A DNA stretch of 64,000 bases from an uncultured virus (IMG/VR IMGVR_UViG_3300035698_002590) (lineage: Duplodnaviria > Heunggongvirae > Uroviricota > Caudoviricetes): the IMG/VR virus record IMGVR_UViG_3300035698_002590; one strand, 5' to 3'. The notes beneath the pieces are model-generated. The model was given only the letters and a program-made list of their open reading frames with translations. It searched no databases and had not been told where the DNA came from. The translations under genes were made by a program, and so were the position numbers. Of this stretch, positions 1 through 9,541 are shown one piece after another (within the stretch, counting starts at the first letter, position 1; each line of letters begins with the position of its first letter).

Positions 1-432
1 AGCTTTATAAATGCTAATAGTATCCATTTCGCCAATAGCATCAATCACAACAACAGCAGCATTGTCAAACGGTGAAGTTTGAAACCCTGCTGCTGCATGA
101 CTTAAATGGTGCCCAACACTGGCTATAGCACCTTTGTGTTCTGCCATTATTAATGGAATTGATTGTTTTAATTCAGTGGCGACACGCCAGTTTCCGCCCC
201 ACGGTTCGCCACTGATTATTTTACGCAACTGGCGTTTCCAAGGCTTTTCATAGTACACAATTTTATCAAACGGCCCGTGTACTAGTGCAGCCTGTTCAAG
301 TGCTGAACAGATATTGCTATCATTTTTTTGTTTACTGTATCGTTCGCTGTGCCCTGCAAATACAATTTCATCATTGTGCAACACAGTTAGTGCTGCATCA
401 TGAAATCCTGCACTAACTCCTAGTATTTTCAT
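1..432 (-). CDS. Carbamoyltransferase (NodU/CmcH/TobZ family), N-terminal part; runs off the window edge
   Basis: Not in the ORF track; translated by hand from ATG at 432: MKILGVSAGFHDAALTVLHNDEIVFAGHSERYSKQKND...YYEKP...GHHLSHAAAGFQTSPFDNAAVVVIDAIGE. Family motifs HDAA, ERYS.K and HHxSHA. Start overlaps the upstream stop codon. Confidence 0.9.
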   Translation of the reverse strand, partial: MKILGVSAGFHDAALTVLHNDEIVFAGHSERYSKQKNDSNICSALEQAALVHGPFDKIVYYEKPWKRQLRKIISGEPWGGNWRVATELKQSIPLIMAEHKGAIASVGHHLSHAAAGFQTSPFDNAAVVVIDAIGEMDTISIYKA

Positions 433-1463
433 TATAGATCTTCTCTATGGTACACGCCATTATCTCCTCGTTGAGGAAATAAATCTGTGCTCTGGTCATC
501 TTCCCTGTGTATATCTAATGTTAAACAATGCCAGCCACCATCAAAGAAACTTCGTGGACGAAAATCAAATGTGTGTACAGTGATTCCTCGTTGGGCAAGC
601 CATTCACTTAGTGGGGGATGGTCTTTCATGCAAACTATATTTTTTTCATCAAGTACCAACATGTTAACTTCAAATACAGTCTCTTGAAATTCGCCTATCC
701 AGTCACTGGCATCGTTTTCGATCCACTTTCCAAACGTTTCATTATTATCATGTGACCCAGGCACTGACCAGTGCTTTGGTTTGTGACTATTAAAGTTGTT
801 AAGTGCTTCTGGGATAGGAAATACCTCCCAGTCTGGAAAACTCACAGTGTAACCGGCTTTCCAGTGGCTACTTGCAATTATGTTTGGTGCTACTGGACAA
901 AAAACACCATCACTGTGTCCGCCTGTACTACATATATTTACACGATATTTTTTAGCAAAATCAATTATTGCTTCGCAACAGAATTCCCACATATTTTCGT
1001 GAGTGTTTGGATCAATATAGATGTCTCTGCCCATTCGCACTATTCCAGCTGGATATATGCAATTTATTGGCAAGTGTTTGGGTTCTTGTACATCGTATCC
1101 TAATGCCCTGTACTCGTCCATGACATGGTGCCATCGATCAAACGGTAATTCTTCATTATGGTCCAATGAGTAAAGGGTTTTGTCAAGAACAATATAATGA
1201 TCTCTTGGAGTTATTGGGGGCTTAACTAGTAAGCCATTCTTGCCAAGATGATGATCAATTGAATCAAATTTTGGCCTGCGTACCTTGATACCCCTGCCTT
1301 CTAAAAACTTTTGCAGTTTGCCCGTGTCTTCCTTGCACCATTGTGTTATTTGACATAGTGGATCTGCTACTTCGTTAGGAAGGTAATCGTAATAACTTTC
1401 TGGATACGTATCCCCAAGCCAAACTTCTTTTAATGGAGTGAATCCAAAGTTACTGTTAATCAT
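432..1463 (-). CDS. Amidinotransferase (glycine/inosamine-phosphate amidinotransferase-like, pentein fold)
   Basis: LKEVWLG N-terminus, PRD, HSDG, NMLVLD and C-terminal GGWHCLTLD with the catalytic Cys. Confidence 0.85.
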   Translation of the reverse strand: MINSNFGFTPLKEVWLGDTYPESYYDYLPNEVADPLCQITQWCKEDTGKLQKFLEGRGIKVRRPKFDSIDHHLGKNGLLVKPPITPRDHYIVLDKTLYSLDHNEELPFDRWHHVMDEYRALGYDVQEPKHLPINCIYPAGIVRMGRDIYIDPNTHENMWEFCCEAIIDFAKKYRVNICSTGGHSDGVFCPVAPNIIASSHWKAGYTVSFPDWEVFPIPEALNNFNSHKPKHWSVPGSHDNNETFGKWIENDASDWIGEFQETVFEVNMLVLDEKNIVCMKDHPPLSEWLAQRGITVHTFDFRPRSFFDGGWHCLTLDIHREDDQSTDLFPQRGDNGVYHREDL

Positions 1464-2549
1464 TTACCATCCAATTTTTTCCCAAGGAACGTCTTTGTCG
1501 CCAAAGTGCCCGTATGTGCAGTTTTTGCTATATTCGTAGAAGTTGTACATATCAAAACGATTAATAATACCCAGTGGTGTTAAATCAATGTTTTCTTTAA
1601 TAAACTTTTCAATACTACGGTCGTGCCCGTTTGATGTAATATACACACTAGTTGGCTCCTTAACGCCAATTGCATACGATAATTGTATCTGACACCAGTC
1701 AGCCATATCGTCTGCTACCACGTTCTTAGCAATCCAACGTGCCATGTACGCTGCGCTGCGGTCTACTTTCGTCGGGTCTTTACCACTGAATGCACCACCT
1801 CCATGAGGAGCAAAACCGCCATAGGTATCAACAATAATCTTTCGTCCGGTAACGCCGGAATCACCATCAGGCCCACCGACAACAAAATTACCAGTAGGAT
1901 TAAGATGCCATACAGTATTTTCATCAATCAAATCTCCTAACACAAGTTGCGCAACACCTCGTGCAATTGCTCTTGCAGCATGTACCTCTCCGGCAATATG
2001 CTGAGTACTAATAACAACCTGGTCAATACGTTTAACCATGCCGCCTTCGTATTCCACGCTAACTTGTGCTTTTGCGTCAGGACCTAATATATTATCTAAT
2101 AGCCGAACTTCTTTTAATTCGTTAAGAATTTCATGTGCATAGTAAATAGGTGCTGGCATAAATGCATCATTGTCATTGCAAGCATAACCAAACATCAGTC
2201 CTTGATCACCTGCGCCAAAATCGTCGGTGCCTAGTGCAATGTCTACACTCTGTGAGTGAATTTCATTGTAGATTTTTAGTTTATCCCAATGGAACCCATC
2301 CTGCTCATAACCAATGTCTTTGACTTTATTGCGTACAATTTCTTTTACTTCGTCTTTGCTTACATTAAAGTTCTTTACTTCGCCCGCCAACGTAACATGG
2401 TTGGTAGTTACAAGTGTTTCAATCGCAACACGAGTAGTAATGTCACCTGCCTTCAATCCTGCATCAACTAGTGCGTCACTGATTTGATCTGCGATCTTAT
2501 CTGGATGCCCTTCGCTAACACTCTCGCTAGTAAAAATATAATTATTCAT
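1464..2549 (-). CDS. metK: S-adenosylmethionine synthetase
   Basis: FTSESVSEGHPDK, GAGDQGLMFGYA, GRKIIVDTYGG, HGGGAFSGKDPTKVDRSAAY. Confidence 0.98.
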   Translation of the reverse strand: MNNYIFTSESVSEGHPDKIADQISDALVDAGLKAGDITTRVAIETLVTTNHVTLAGEVKNFNVSKDEVKEIVRNKVKDIGYEQDGFHWDKLKIYNEIHSQSVDIALGTDDFGAGDQGLMFGYACNDNDAFMPAPIYYAHEILNELKEVRLLDNILGPDAKAQVSVEYEGGMVKRIDQVVISTQHIAGEVHAARAIARGVAQLVLGDLIDENTVWHLNPTGNFVVGGPDGDSGVTGRKIIVDTYGGFAPHGGGAFSGKDPTKVDRSAAYMARWIAKNVVADDMADWCQIQLSYAIGVKEPTSVYITSNGHDRSIEKFIKENIDLTPLGIINRFDMYNFYEYSKNCTYGHFGDKDVPWEKIGW

Positions 2550-2668
2550 TTGTAAATAAATGGATCCCTTTTTCTGAGTTCCTTGAGTTTTTTCCGATAA
2601 CGGATTTCAAGTTTAATTTTGTTGATTAAGTTTTTTGGCCAACATAATATTTTTTTGATTGTTTTCAT
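2546..2668 (-). CDS. Small basic 40-aa protein MKTIKKILCWPKNLINKIKLEIRYRKKLKELRKRDPFIYK
   Basis: Below the ORF-track cutoff. Fills the gap exactly, with ATGA overlaps to both neighbours (2665-2668 and 2546-2549). Confidence 0.75.
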   Translation of the reverse strand: MKTIKKILCWPKNLINKIKLEIRYRKKLKELRKRDPFIYK

Positions 2669-3720
2669 AGCAACGGTACCTGCAATTCTTTGCTGTTACG
2701 CCATGTGTAATCGTACTCGGCGTATGAATCTGATGTGCGTATACTATGTACATCTAGATGCTGTGTTAACTTACTTAGTATTTGGTGGAAGTCGGTGGTA
2801 GAAAAGCTGGCAGCAAGATCTACTTGTGCTACCTTGGGATGCCCAATTGTTAAACTTTTATCCTCAGGGTCAAAACGGTTAGCAACAAGCCAATTGCGAA
2901 AATTATCAAGTTCGTCTTGCATAAAAGAATAACCACTAGGATTCATTCCCCATTCAATATCAAAGTCGCCTGTTGCTTCAGTTTGTGGCTTTAGCGTTGT
3001 TGTAGTAAGTTCATCAACACGACTGTCGCCGCCTTCGTCTTTAAACACTTCCCAATGGTGTTTCCCTACAGCCTTATTAACGCCAACATACACACCACCA
3101 TGGTCACGTGCAATTGTATCAATACCAAAGTGTTCATAGTCTTCCTCGTCAAGAATAAATCGCGGAGCGTTTAAAAAACACATAACGTTGCTGGGACGAA
3201 TCCAATTTGGAGCAGTTTGTTTTTTGCGTAGGCTTAGAATAAGACTCTCTGCTTCGTGGCACAACAAATTCAATTGTCGAATATACCAACGGGTTTCTCT
3301 ATCTGCTGCCAAGTAATGCGGAGACATGTTACCGCTTTCGCCTTGTGTTTCTTCGAAGTACAAGTGTAATTGATTAAACTTGTCGTGATTGATGCCTAGT
3401 GTTTCGCCATGTCCATTGTGTTCCTCTGGCTCAACTACATTGTCCACTGTGAAGTGATCGTCAATTTGGTAATCAATGCTGCTGTTATTAATGCCCTTGA
3501 TTGTTGCATTAATTTGATCAACAAGTAATTGCAAATCACGGTCGCCATCAGGAAATCCAAAAAAGCAATAATTCTTTTCAAGATGTAGACTTTTATCTAG
3601 TATGTCATTGAGTGCTGCTAGCCATTTGTGGCTTAATCCGTTGTCATGAACATCAATATACACAGGAAACAATTCTCCTGTAACACCATGTCTAAGTTTC
3701 ATTTCAATTCTATCCAACAT
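2665..3720 (-). CDS. Hypothetical protein (351 aa) within the modification island
   Basis: Long ORF overlapping both neighbours; His/Glu motifs NQLHLYFE, LNLLCHEAE, VGKHHWEVFKDE; family not recognised. Confidence 0.8.
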   Translation of the reverse strand: MLDRIEMKLRHGVTGELFPVYIDVHDNGLSHKWLAALNDILDKSLHLEKNYCFFGFPDGDRDLQLLVDQINATIKGINNSSIDYQIDDHFTVDNVVEPEEHNGHGETLGINHDKFNQLHLYFEETQGESGNMSPHYLAADRETRWYIRQLNLLCHEAESLILSLRKKQTAPNWIRPSNVMCFLNAPRFILDEEDYEHFGIDTIARDHGGVYVGVNKAVGKHHWEVFKDEGGDSRVDELTTTTLKPQTEATGDFDIEWGMNPSGYSFMQDELDNFRNWLVANRFDPEDKSLTIGHPKVAQVDLAASFSTTDFHQILSKLTQHLDVHSIRTSDSYAEYDYTWRNSKELQVPLL

Positions 3721-5026
3721 CTATGCTATCCCACCATTTTAATATGTCTGCGTTAGCACTGAGTATGTCTCTCATGCATAACTTATTGTTTCTGATACCT
3801 TCAAGTGCAAGCATGCGTCTTTTGCCTTTGCGCATGCCTCTCTGGTACTCATCCCCAGGGTACATTTCTTCCATGTTAGGTCTGTTTTTTAATTGTAGTA
3901 ACACGCTTTTTAATGCATCGCCAAGGTTGTTGTTTGTAATTAGTTCGTCTACTAGACTGTTTAATATTTCACGTGGCAGTGCTAGTGGACTCATTATGAT
4001 GTCTGGCGAAAATGTAAATATCACCTTGGCTAGAATATCGACATTAAGTTCGTCTGCTAACTTTTGCACGTTTACCACGTCAAGCATTCCGGGTAATGTA
4101 AGTGTAAAATCAATACGCATCTGGCGTCGATGTGTTGCTATTTCTAACCCTTGCTTGAAGTTGTCCACCCATTCATTGTATTTTAATCCTGTACGTATGT
4201 ATTCGCCTAATGCACCTGTGCCGTCTAGGCTTGCACACATTTGCCAATCACGTGTATGTGTTAAGATGTCGTGATATAGATTTATACCTTTGTAATCAAC
4301 TCTGCTGAGATTACTATTATACCTTGCATACAAGCGACGGGCATCACCTAATTCAACAATGCGTTTCATGTAACGCCAGTGCTGTTCATACATAAGAGGC
4401 TCGCCGCCTACCCAGTAAATTTCTTCAACACGGTGTTCTTCAACTGCTTCGCTAAATTCTTGTTCAATCTGTGTGTCTTGAAATTTTGTTATCTCTGCAC
4501 GTACTTCTGGTAGCATCCAATTGTTTTTAGGATTAGTCAGATCAGTCATGTTGTGCTTTTTTTGTTCTGTTTCCCAACTACTACTCAACATATCGCCGCA
4601 TGTGCGACATTTAAAGTTACACAAATTACTAAAACGGTAATCCCAACTAACGGGTTTCATTGTAGTATAGCCATTGGCATCAGTGTTGTCCCAGATGTCT
4701 TCGTACTTGTGCTGGAACATTCTCTCAAAGTAACTGCGATATACGTCTGTGTTCAGTAACTTACTGTTGCACACATCACATTCGGGCAATGTTTCTCCGG
4801 CCATCATACGACGACGAACACTTTGCATGTGTTCGTTGTTCCAGTGCTTGTCTAGGCTCACTGGTTGATATTCGCCGCTACCCGATTTAGTGTCGATATA
4901 TTGTTCAAAGCTTTGTGCTTCTTCGCGACTTGCGCAGCACATACGCCTTTCAGTTTGTGGGCTTAAATAAGTGTGTGTCCATGGTGCCATGCACAGGGTA
5001 GGTGGCTTGTTATTAGGTTTTTGCAT
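3710..5026 (-). CDS. Radical SAM protein with N-terminal Cys-rich (twitch/SPASM-like) segment
   Basis: CNFKCRTC (CxxxCxxC), GGEP, ASLDG; N-terminal CMAPW...MCC...CDVC. Confidence 0.92.
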   Translation of the reverse strand: MQKPNNKPPTLCMAPWTHTYLSPQTERRMCCASREEAQSFEQYIDTKSGSGEYQPVSLDKHWNNEHMQSVRRRMMAGETLPECDVCNSKLLNTDVYRSYFERMFQHKYEDIWDNTDANGYTTMKPVSWDYRFSNLCNFKCRTCGDMLSSSWETEQKKHNMTDLTNPKNNWMLPEVRAEITKFQDTQIEQEFSEAVEEHRVEEIYWVGGEPLMYEQHWRYMKRIVELGDARRLYARYNSNLSRVDYKGINLYHDILTHTRDWQMCASLDGTGALGEYIRTGLKYNEWVDNFKQGLEIATHRRQMRIDFTLTLPGMLDVVNVQKLADELNVDILAKVIFTFSPDIIMSPLALPREILNSLVDELITNNNLGDALKSVLLQLKNRPNMEEMYPGDEYQRGMRKGKRRMLALEGIRNNKLCMRDILSANADILKWWDSIDVG

Positions 5027-6084
5027 TAAAATGAATTCACTATTTCGTTATACCAATCAAAATCTTTAAATTTTAATAATTCGCTTTTAAACGATTCTTT
5101 TTCTTGCGGAGTTGCTTGTTGTAATGACAATTCACCATTCACAGTGTGCACATAAAAATTTGATGTAACATCAAAATTTGGCAACGATGCAAACCAGTTA
5201 ATTGTATCGTCTAAATCAAATACATTATGTGTTCCTATAGTGTATGCACAACTAATAGGAATACTGTTTAATAGGTTTACTTTTTTTATAACGCCCGACA
5301 CCTTAGCCCATTTAAGAGGAGTACGAGTTTTTTCAAATCGTTTGCCAATTCCATCAATACTAAAAAATATCTGAACTGACTTTGCTTGATCCCACAATGC
5401 AAGTGTTTCAGCAGACGGATAACAGCTACCATTTGTATTGTAGGATATATCAACGTTACTTAAATCTTTAATTTTTTTCAAAAGAGTCAAATGCTCTCCG
5501 GTTAGCAACGGTTCGCCACCGTTAAAGTAAATTGACTGTACATCATCTAAGTCAGTGCCTAGTAGGTGATCGTACTTGAGTTCATCTCCTGCAATAATCT
5601 TAATACCTTCGTCAGCAGCCCAAAGACTTGAATATTTTGAACTACATATCACACACTTGGCATTGCAAATTGGTAATGTATTATAATCTATGCTATAGCA
5701 CTTGTCTTTATCGAGTTCGCTTTGCTGGAGGGTTACTGGTAAATTTTTAGCTTTGTATTTGTCAATTGCAAGCGCTCTTGGGCTATAACCTCCGTAAGAT
5801 TCGTTCTCCCAGCAATGCTCGCATGCTTCAGGTTTTTGATTATTTCTTACATCATTTCTTATATTTTCTAAATGACGATTTGACATTAAATCATCATGTC
5901 CGGAAAAACGCTGTGAAGGTTTAGCTAAACAACACGGTGCTACTTGTTGCGTGTCGCCGGGAAATCTACGAGCGTATAACCCGTGGAATACCAATGGGCA
6001 ATAACTAGAACTTAGAAACTCATTGAGCTCAGCTGCCTCTCGATCGATTGTTTCCTGAGAAACAGTTATAATCTCACTCGGCAC
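5026..6084 (-). CDS. Radical SAM protein with N-terminal Cys-rich segment (probable GTG start at 6084; ORF track starts at 6159)
   Basis: CNAKCVIC, NGGEPLL, YNTNG, SIDG; N-terminal YCP...PCC...CEHCWENE. Confidence 0.9.
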   Translation of the reverse strand: MPSEIITVSQETIDREAAELNEFLSSSYCPLVFHGLYARRFPGDTQQVAPCCLAKPSQRFSGHDDLMSNRHLENIRNDVRNNQKPEACEHCWENESYGGYSPRALAIDKYKAKNLPVTLQQSELDKDKCYSIDYNTLPICNAKCVICSSKYSSLWAADEGIKIIAGDELKYDHLLGTDLDDVQSIYFNGGEPLLTGEHLTLLKKIKDLSNVDISYNTNGSCYPSAETLALWDQAKSVQIFFSIDGIGKRFEKTRTPLKWAKVSGVIKKVNLLNSIPISCAYTIGTHNVFDLDDTINWFASLPNFDVTSNFYVHTVNGELSLQQATPQEKESFKSELLKFKDFDWYNEIVNSF

Positions 6085-6487
6085 TCTCAACAACCCTTTT
6101 GCGTAATCCGCTACTGCTGTATCTATGATCACGCTCGTTGAATATAATTTCAATGTCACGTTTTTTACATATGTCGCGGCCTGTGTAGTCTTTGTCTCTG
6201 TACTCTACGCCTAGGATGCGAATATCAATGTGCATGCCACTGAGGATGTCTTCTAAATCTTGCTCAGTTGCATACGGGACAATTTCGTCTACATACTTGC
6301 AAGCACGTAACTGTAAGTATCTTTCAACAACTGTTTGCACTGGTGTATTTTTTGCTGGACGATCAATGCTTGGATCAGCTTGAAGCCCTACAATTAAATA
6401 GTCGCAATGCTTTTTTGCTTCTTCAAGCATTAGAACATGCCCGGCATGCAGCAAGTCAAATGCTGAGGCTGTAAATCCTATTCTCAT
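6074..6487 (-). CDS. Cytidylyltransferase (TagD / glycerol-3-phosphate cytidylyltransferase-like)
   Basis: FDLLHAGH (HxGH), DYLIVGL, ER...L.ACKYVDE, C-terminal RYSSS. Confidence 0.9.
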   Translation of the reverse strand: MRIGFTASAFDLLHAGHVLMLEEAKKHCDYLIVGLQADPSIDRPAKNTPVQTVVERYLQLRACKYVDEIVPYATEQDLEDILSGMHIDIRILGVEYRDKDYTGRDICKKRDIEIIFNERDHRYSSSGLRKRVVESAE

Positions 6488-7059
6488 ATTAACTCCATTT
6501 GTTCTGGTACAATTTTATCTAATACGTTAACAATAAACAGTTCAGCGCCTTTGTGTACATTTGCAGCCCATTCTGTACCTTGGTCTTCACCGTCAGCATC
6601 ACTGTCAGAAATATACTTGTAGCAATCAAACGGTAAGGAAAATTGCTGACAAACCTTTGCTAATGCGTATGCTTCCATTTCGACTACTTGATAGTTAATA
6701 TGCGGTACACTAAAGCTGTCGCCAGTTCCGCACACAAACAGACTATCGTGCTTGGTTTGGCAAATAATCATTTGTTCTTCGTCTCCAGGGCTAACATACA
6801 ACGGAAGACCAAGCGGAGTACAATCCATGTCACGCTCAATAACTGCGCTCACACCAACAAGTCGGCCTTTAAGTGCAGCACTTCCTCCTGCTGACCCGTA
6901 GTTTATTATTTTACTGTAACTATTAGGATTATTATAGCATAATTCCATAGTCAATGCAAGTGTTGCATTAACCTTTCCAACGCCAGTGATTAACTTTTTA
7001 TAGCCTGGCGGTAACGTCCCGAGTAGTTCTTCTTCTAATGCTATTACTACTAGTATCAT
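6484..7059 (-). CDS. mtnN: 5'-methylthioadenosine/S-adenosylhomocysteine nucleosidase-like (PNP_UDP family)
   Basis: GVGKVNA, INYGSAGG, TGDSF, VEMEAYA, KYISD. Confidence 0.85.
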   Translation of the reverse strand: MILVVIALEEELLGTLPPGYKKLITGVGKVNATLALTMELCYNNPNSYSKIINYGSAGGSAALKGRLVGVSAVIERDMDCTPLGLPLYVSPGDEEQMIICQTKHDSLFVCGTGDSFSVPHINYQVVEMEAYALAKVCQQFSLPFDCYKYISDSDADGEDQGTEWAANVHKGAELFIVNVLDKIVPEQMELI

Positions 7060-8258
7060 GCAGGACCTTCATATTCAATTGCATCAGCAAGTTCTTTGTG
7101 ATGATCACGCAAGTCTTGATTTCTACGCCAGTCAACGTCTTTTACTTTCATGCGTAATATGTTACCGTCTAAGCTGACTCCACCATTGATAAAGTCAATA
7201 ATATTATTGAATTCTTTTTTATGAAATTCAGTCACATCGGCATTTCGCAAACGCTGTATTGCTATTTGTTTAGCTGCTTCTGGCAATGTCCCCACACTGT
7301 GGTAGTATGCTTCGTGCAACATGTTCCAATATACGAACTCAAAGGATCTGGTATCAATCCAATTAGCCAGACCTTCAAGGTACATCACATTAAACACATT
7401 AACAGTTGCGCAACACTGCAACTGTATGTTGTCTAGTCTATTGCGTAGCTGCTCAAAGCGATCCATGTTGTTGTTAACCAGTTGCCACTCAGCATTAGCA
7501 CGTTGGTATTCGAAACGTTCGTCAACATCATCAATACTAAATGCAATTTCTACTAGCTTAAAGTGTTTCCATATAGCTTCGGCATTCTCTGGATAATGTG
7601 TACCATTGGTATTATAGTGTATTTCAATGTTGCCTGCAATGCCTGCGTCTATGCAACGCTGCAACAAGGCAAAGTGTTCTTGTATCATAAATGGTTCGCC
7701 ACCTGTGAATTCCAAGTAACGAATTTGGTCCATCATTGGATCAATTTGATCCCAAAACTTCTGGTTCTTTCTGGGCCATGCGCCTTTTTGTAGCATTTCG
7801 TAATGAAAGCTGTCTTTGCCTTCAAACTTGATCTCTTCAGTGGCAAATGTGCTACTACTCCAGCTTCCGCAAATACGACATTTGAGATTGCAAATGTTAC
7901 CTAGTTTAAAATCAACAAACACCAAAGGCTTGGCATCAGCAGTCCACTCCGTGTCTTTTACAATGTGCTTGAGTCGATTTAGTGTGTGCATGCGTTTACT
8001 AGTACGCCCACTACGTTCTTCGTTCCAGCACTTTCTACATGTCTGCGGCTTTTTAGCATCCAGAAAGTCTTGACGCAAGTTGTTCATATAATCGCTGTGG
8101 TGTATTTCATTTAGTGTGCTGTTATTGAGATCAAACTTAACACCATTGGCATCTTTGATTTCGTCCTCAGCTAAACAACAAGGGCGGGTTGTGCCAATCG
8201 GTGATGTTTCAATGCTTACCCAAGGCAGCACACAGAATTTATCATGTGGTATTTTCAT
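7056..8258 (-). CDS. Radical SAM protein with N-terminal Cys-rich segment (probable start MKIPH at 8258)
   Basis: CNLKCRIC, TGGEPF, YNTNG, SIDD; N-terminal CVLPW...PCC...CRKCWNEE; ATGA overlap with the upstream gene. Confidence 0.92.
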   Translation of the reverse strand: MKIPHDKFCVLPWVSIETSPIGTTRPCCLAEDEIKDANGVKFDLNNSTLNEIHHSDYMNNLRQDFLDAKKPQTCRKCWNEERSGRTSKRMHTLNRLKHIVKDTEWTADAKPLVFVDFKLGNICNLKCRICGSWSSSTFATEEIKFEGKDSFHYEMLQKGAWPRKNQKFWDQIDPMMDQIRYLEFTGGEPFMIQEHFALLQRCIDAGIAGNIEIHYNTNGTHYPENAEAIWKHFKLVEIAFSIDDVDERFEYQRANAEWQLVNNNMDRFEQLRNRLDNIQLQCCATVNVFNVMYLEGLANWIDTRSFEFVYWNMLHEAYYHSVGTLPEAAKQIAIQRLRNADVTEFHKKEFNNIIDFINGGVSLDGNILRMKVKDVDWRRNQDLRDHHKELADAIEYEGPA

Positions 8259-9541
8259 GTCAATGTTCCTAGCTCTGGGATTACATCCAGTATATTCTCT
8301 TTTCGAATACCGTCGAGTCGGTTGGTTTTCTGCCAAAACTTGTCTATTAGATGTGTGTTGTCTGTGCTTTCCATATACTGCAATGCACTTTCAAATCCTA
8401 CTGTTGCTCTGTTTAGTCGATCTAGTGGACGCAGCCATTCTAAGTGTGCTTTGTACTTTTCTTTAATTCGATCTTTGTATGCCTGTGGTGCAATATCAAT
8501 ACGCAAGTAGTCTGGATCTTGCAAGATGTTTACATTAAGGTCTTGTGGTTTTATCAAGCCTTTCTCAACCCAATCCCGGTGAAAGTCAGGCAAGTGTAGT
8601 GCGTTCATAATGCTTAATGTTGGGCTAATGTAAAAGTCAACGTTGGGACATACTTCCATCATAGTACGTCTATTTTGTTCTACTTCTTCCCACTTGGTGC
8701 CTGTGCGAATGTATTCACCATATGCGCCCATGCCATCTAAGCTTGCGCCTACCGCTACACTATCAAACTTTTTCCAATAGTCAAATACCAACCGGTCTTT
8801 TAGTTTAGTTTTTGTAAAGTTTGTATTGTATATGAGACGCACATCAAATCGACCTCTGCGTTCTAATTCCTCAAGTATACGATAATGTTCGTCCATCATG
8901 CAGGGCTCGCCGCCAGCAAAATATATCTGTTCTACATGATCCAAGTGTTCATATAACTGCTCAATCATATCAGCTTCAAATCGGCCTGCGTAGTTCATTG
9001 GTTTGTTTTCTTTGGCCCAGCCTGGTCCTGCTAGCGCACTTTGATCCTTGTACCAGCTACTACTAAAGATGTGTCCACAACTGCGACAACTTAGGTTGCA
9101 CAAGTTTGAAAACCTAATGTCCCAGTATGTCATTTCAAAATCGTCGTATTGCCCGTCTTCGTGTGTGTCGAGTGCACGACCAATGTGATGCCCGTGGTGC
9201 TTGTTTGCACTCTGGCGTCCACTGAAGAATCCGCTTTTCTCTTGTTCGTAGCAACGTCCACAAGCAGCATTTTCTTGTTCTAGCAGCATGTCTTTGCGTA
9301 GTTGTTTTTGCTCTGGGCTATTCCAGATCTCTTCCATTGTGTTGTTTTTGCAGTTTCCCACTTGGCCAACACCCATCTCGGCGTGACAGCAAGGGTATGC
9401 TTCGCCAGTGGGATAAGCATGCATGTGAATCCAAGGATACATGCAAAACGTTTTACTTTTGGCAAGCAGCTCACGTTCTCTAACGCTCAAGTCCGCTAGC
9501 TTGACCTTAATTGGATCGGCACTGTTGTAATTATAGCTCAT
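8255..9541 (-). CDS. Radical SAM protein with N-terminal Cys-rich segment
   Basis: CNLSCRSC, AGGEP, YNTN, ASLDG; N-terminal CMYPW...PCC...CGRCYEQE. Confidence 0.92.
   Translation of the reverse strand: MSYNYNSADPIKVKLADLSVRERELLAKSKTFCMYPWIHMHAYPTGEAYPCCHAEMGVGQVGNCKNNTMEEIWNSPEQKQLRKDMLLEQENAACGRCYEQEKSGFFSGRQSANKHHGHHIGRALDTHEDGQYDDFEMTYWDIRFSNLCNLSCRSCGHIFSSSWYKDQSALAGPGWAKENKPMNYAGRFEADMIEQLYEHLDHVEQIYFAGGEPCMMDEHYRILEELERRGRFDVRLIYNTNFTKTKLKDRLVFDYWKKFDSVAVGASLDGMGAYGEYIRTGTKWEEVEQNRRTMMEVCPNVDFYISPTLSIMNALHLPDFHRDWVEKGLIKPQDLNVNILQDPDYLRIDIAPQAYKDRIKEKYKAHLEWLRPLDRLNRATVGFESALQYMESTDNTHLIDKFWQKTNRLDGIRKENILDVIPELGTLT

Noticed and set aside
1..2668. Saxitoxin biosynthesis (sxtI/sxtG-like pair)
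   Set aside because: Only family-level resemblance; no SxtA-type PKS or other core sxt genes in the window
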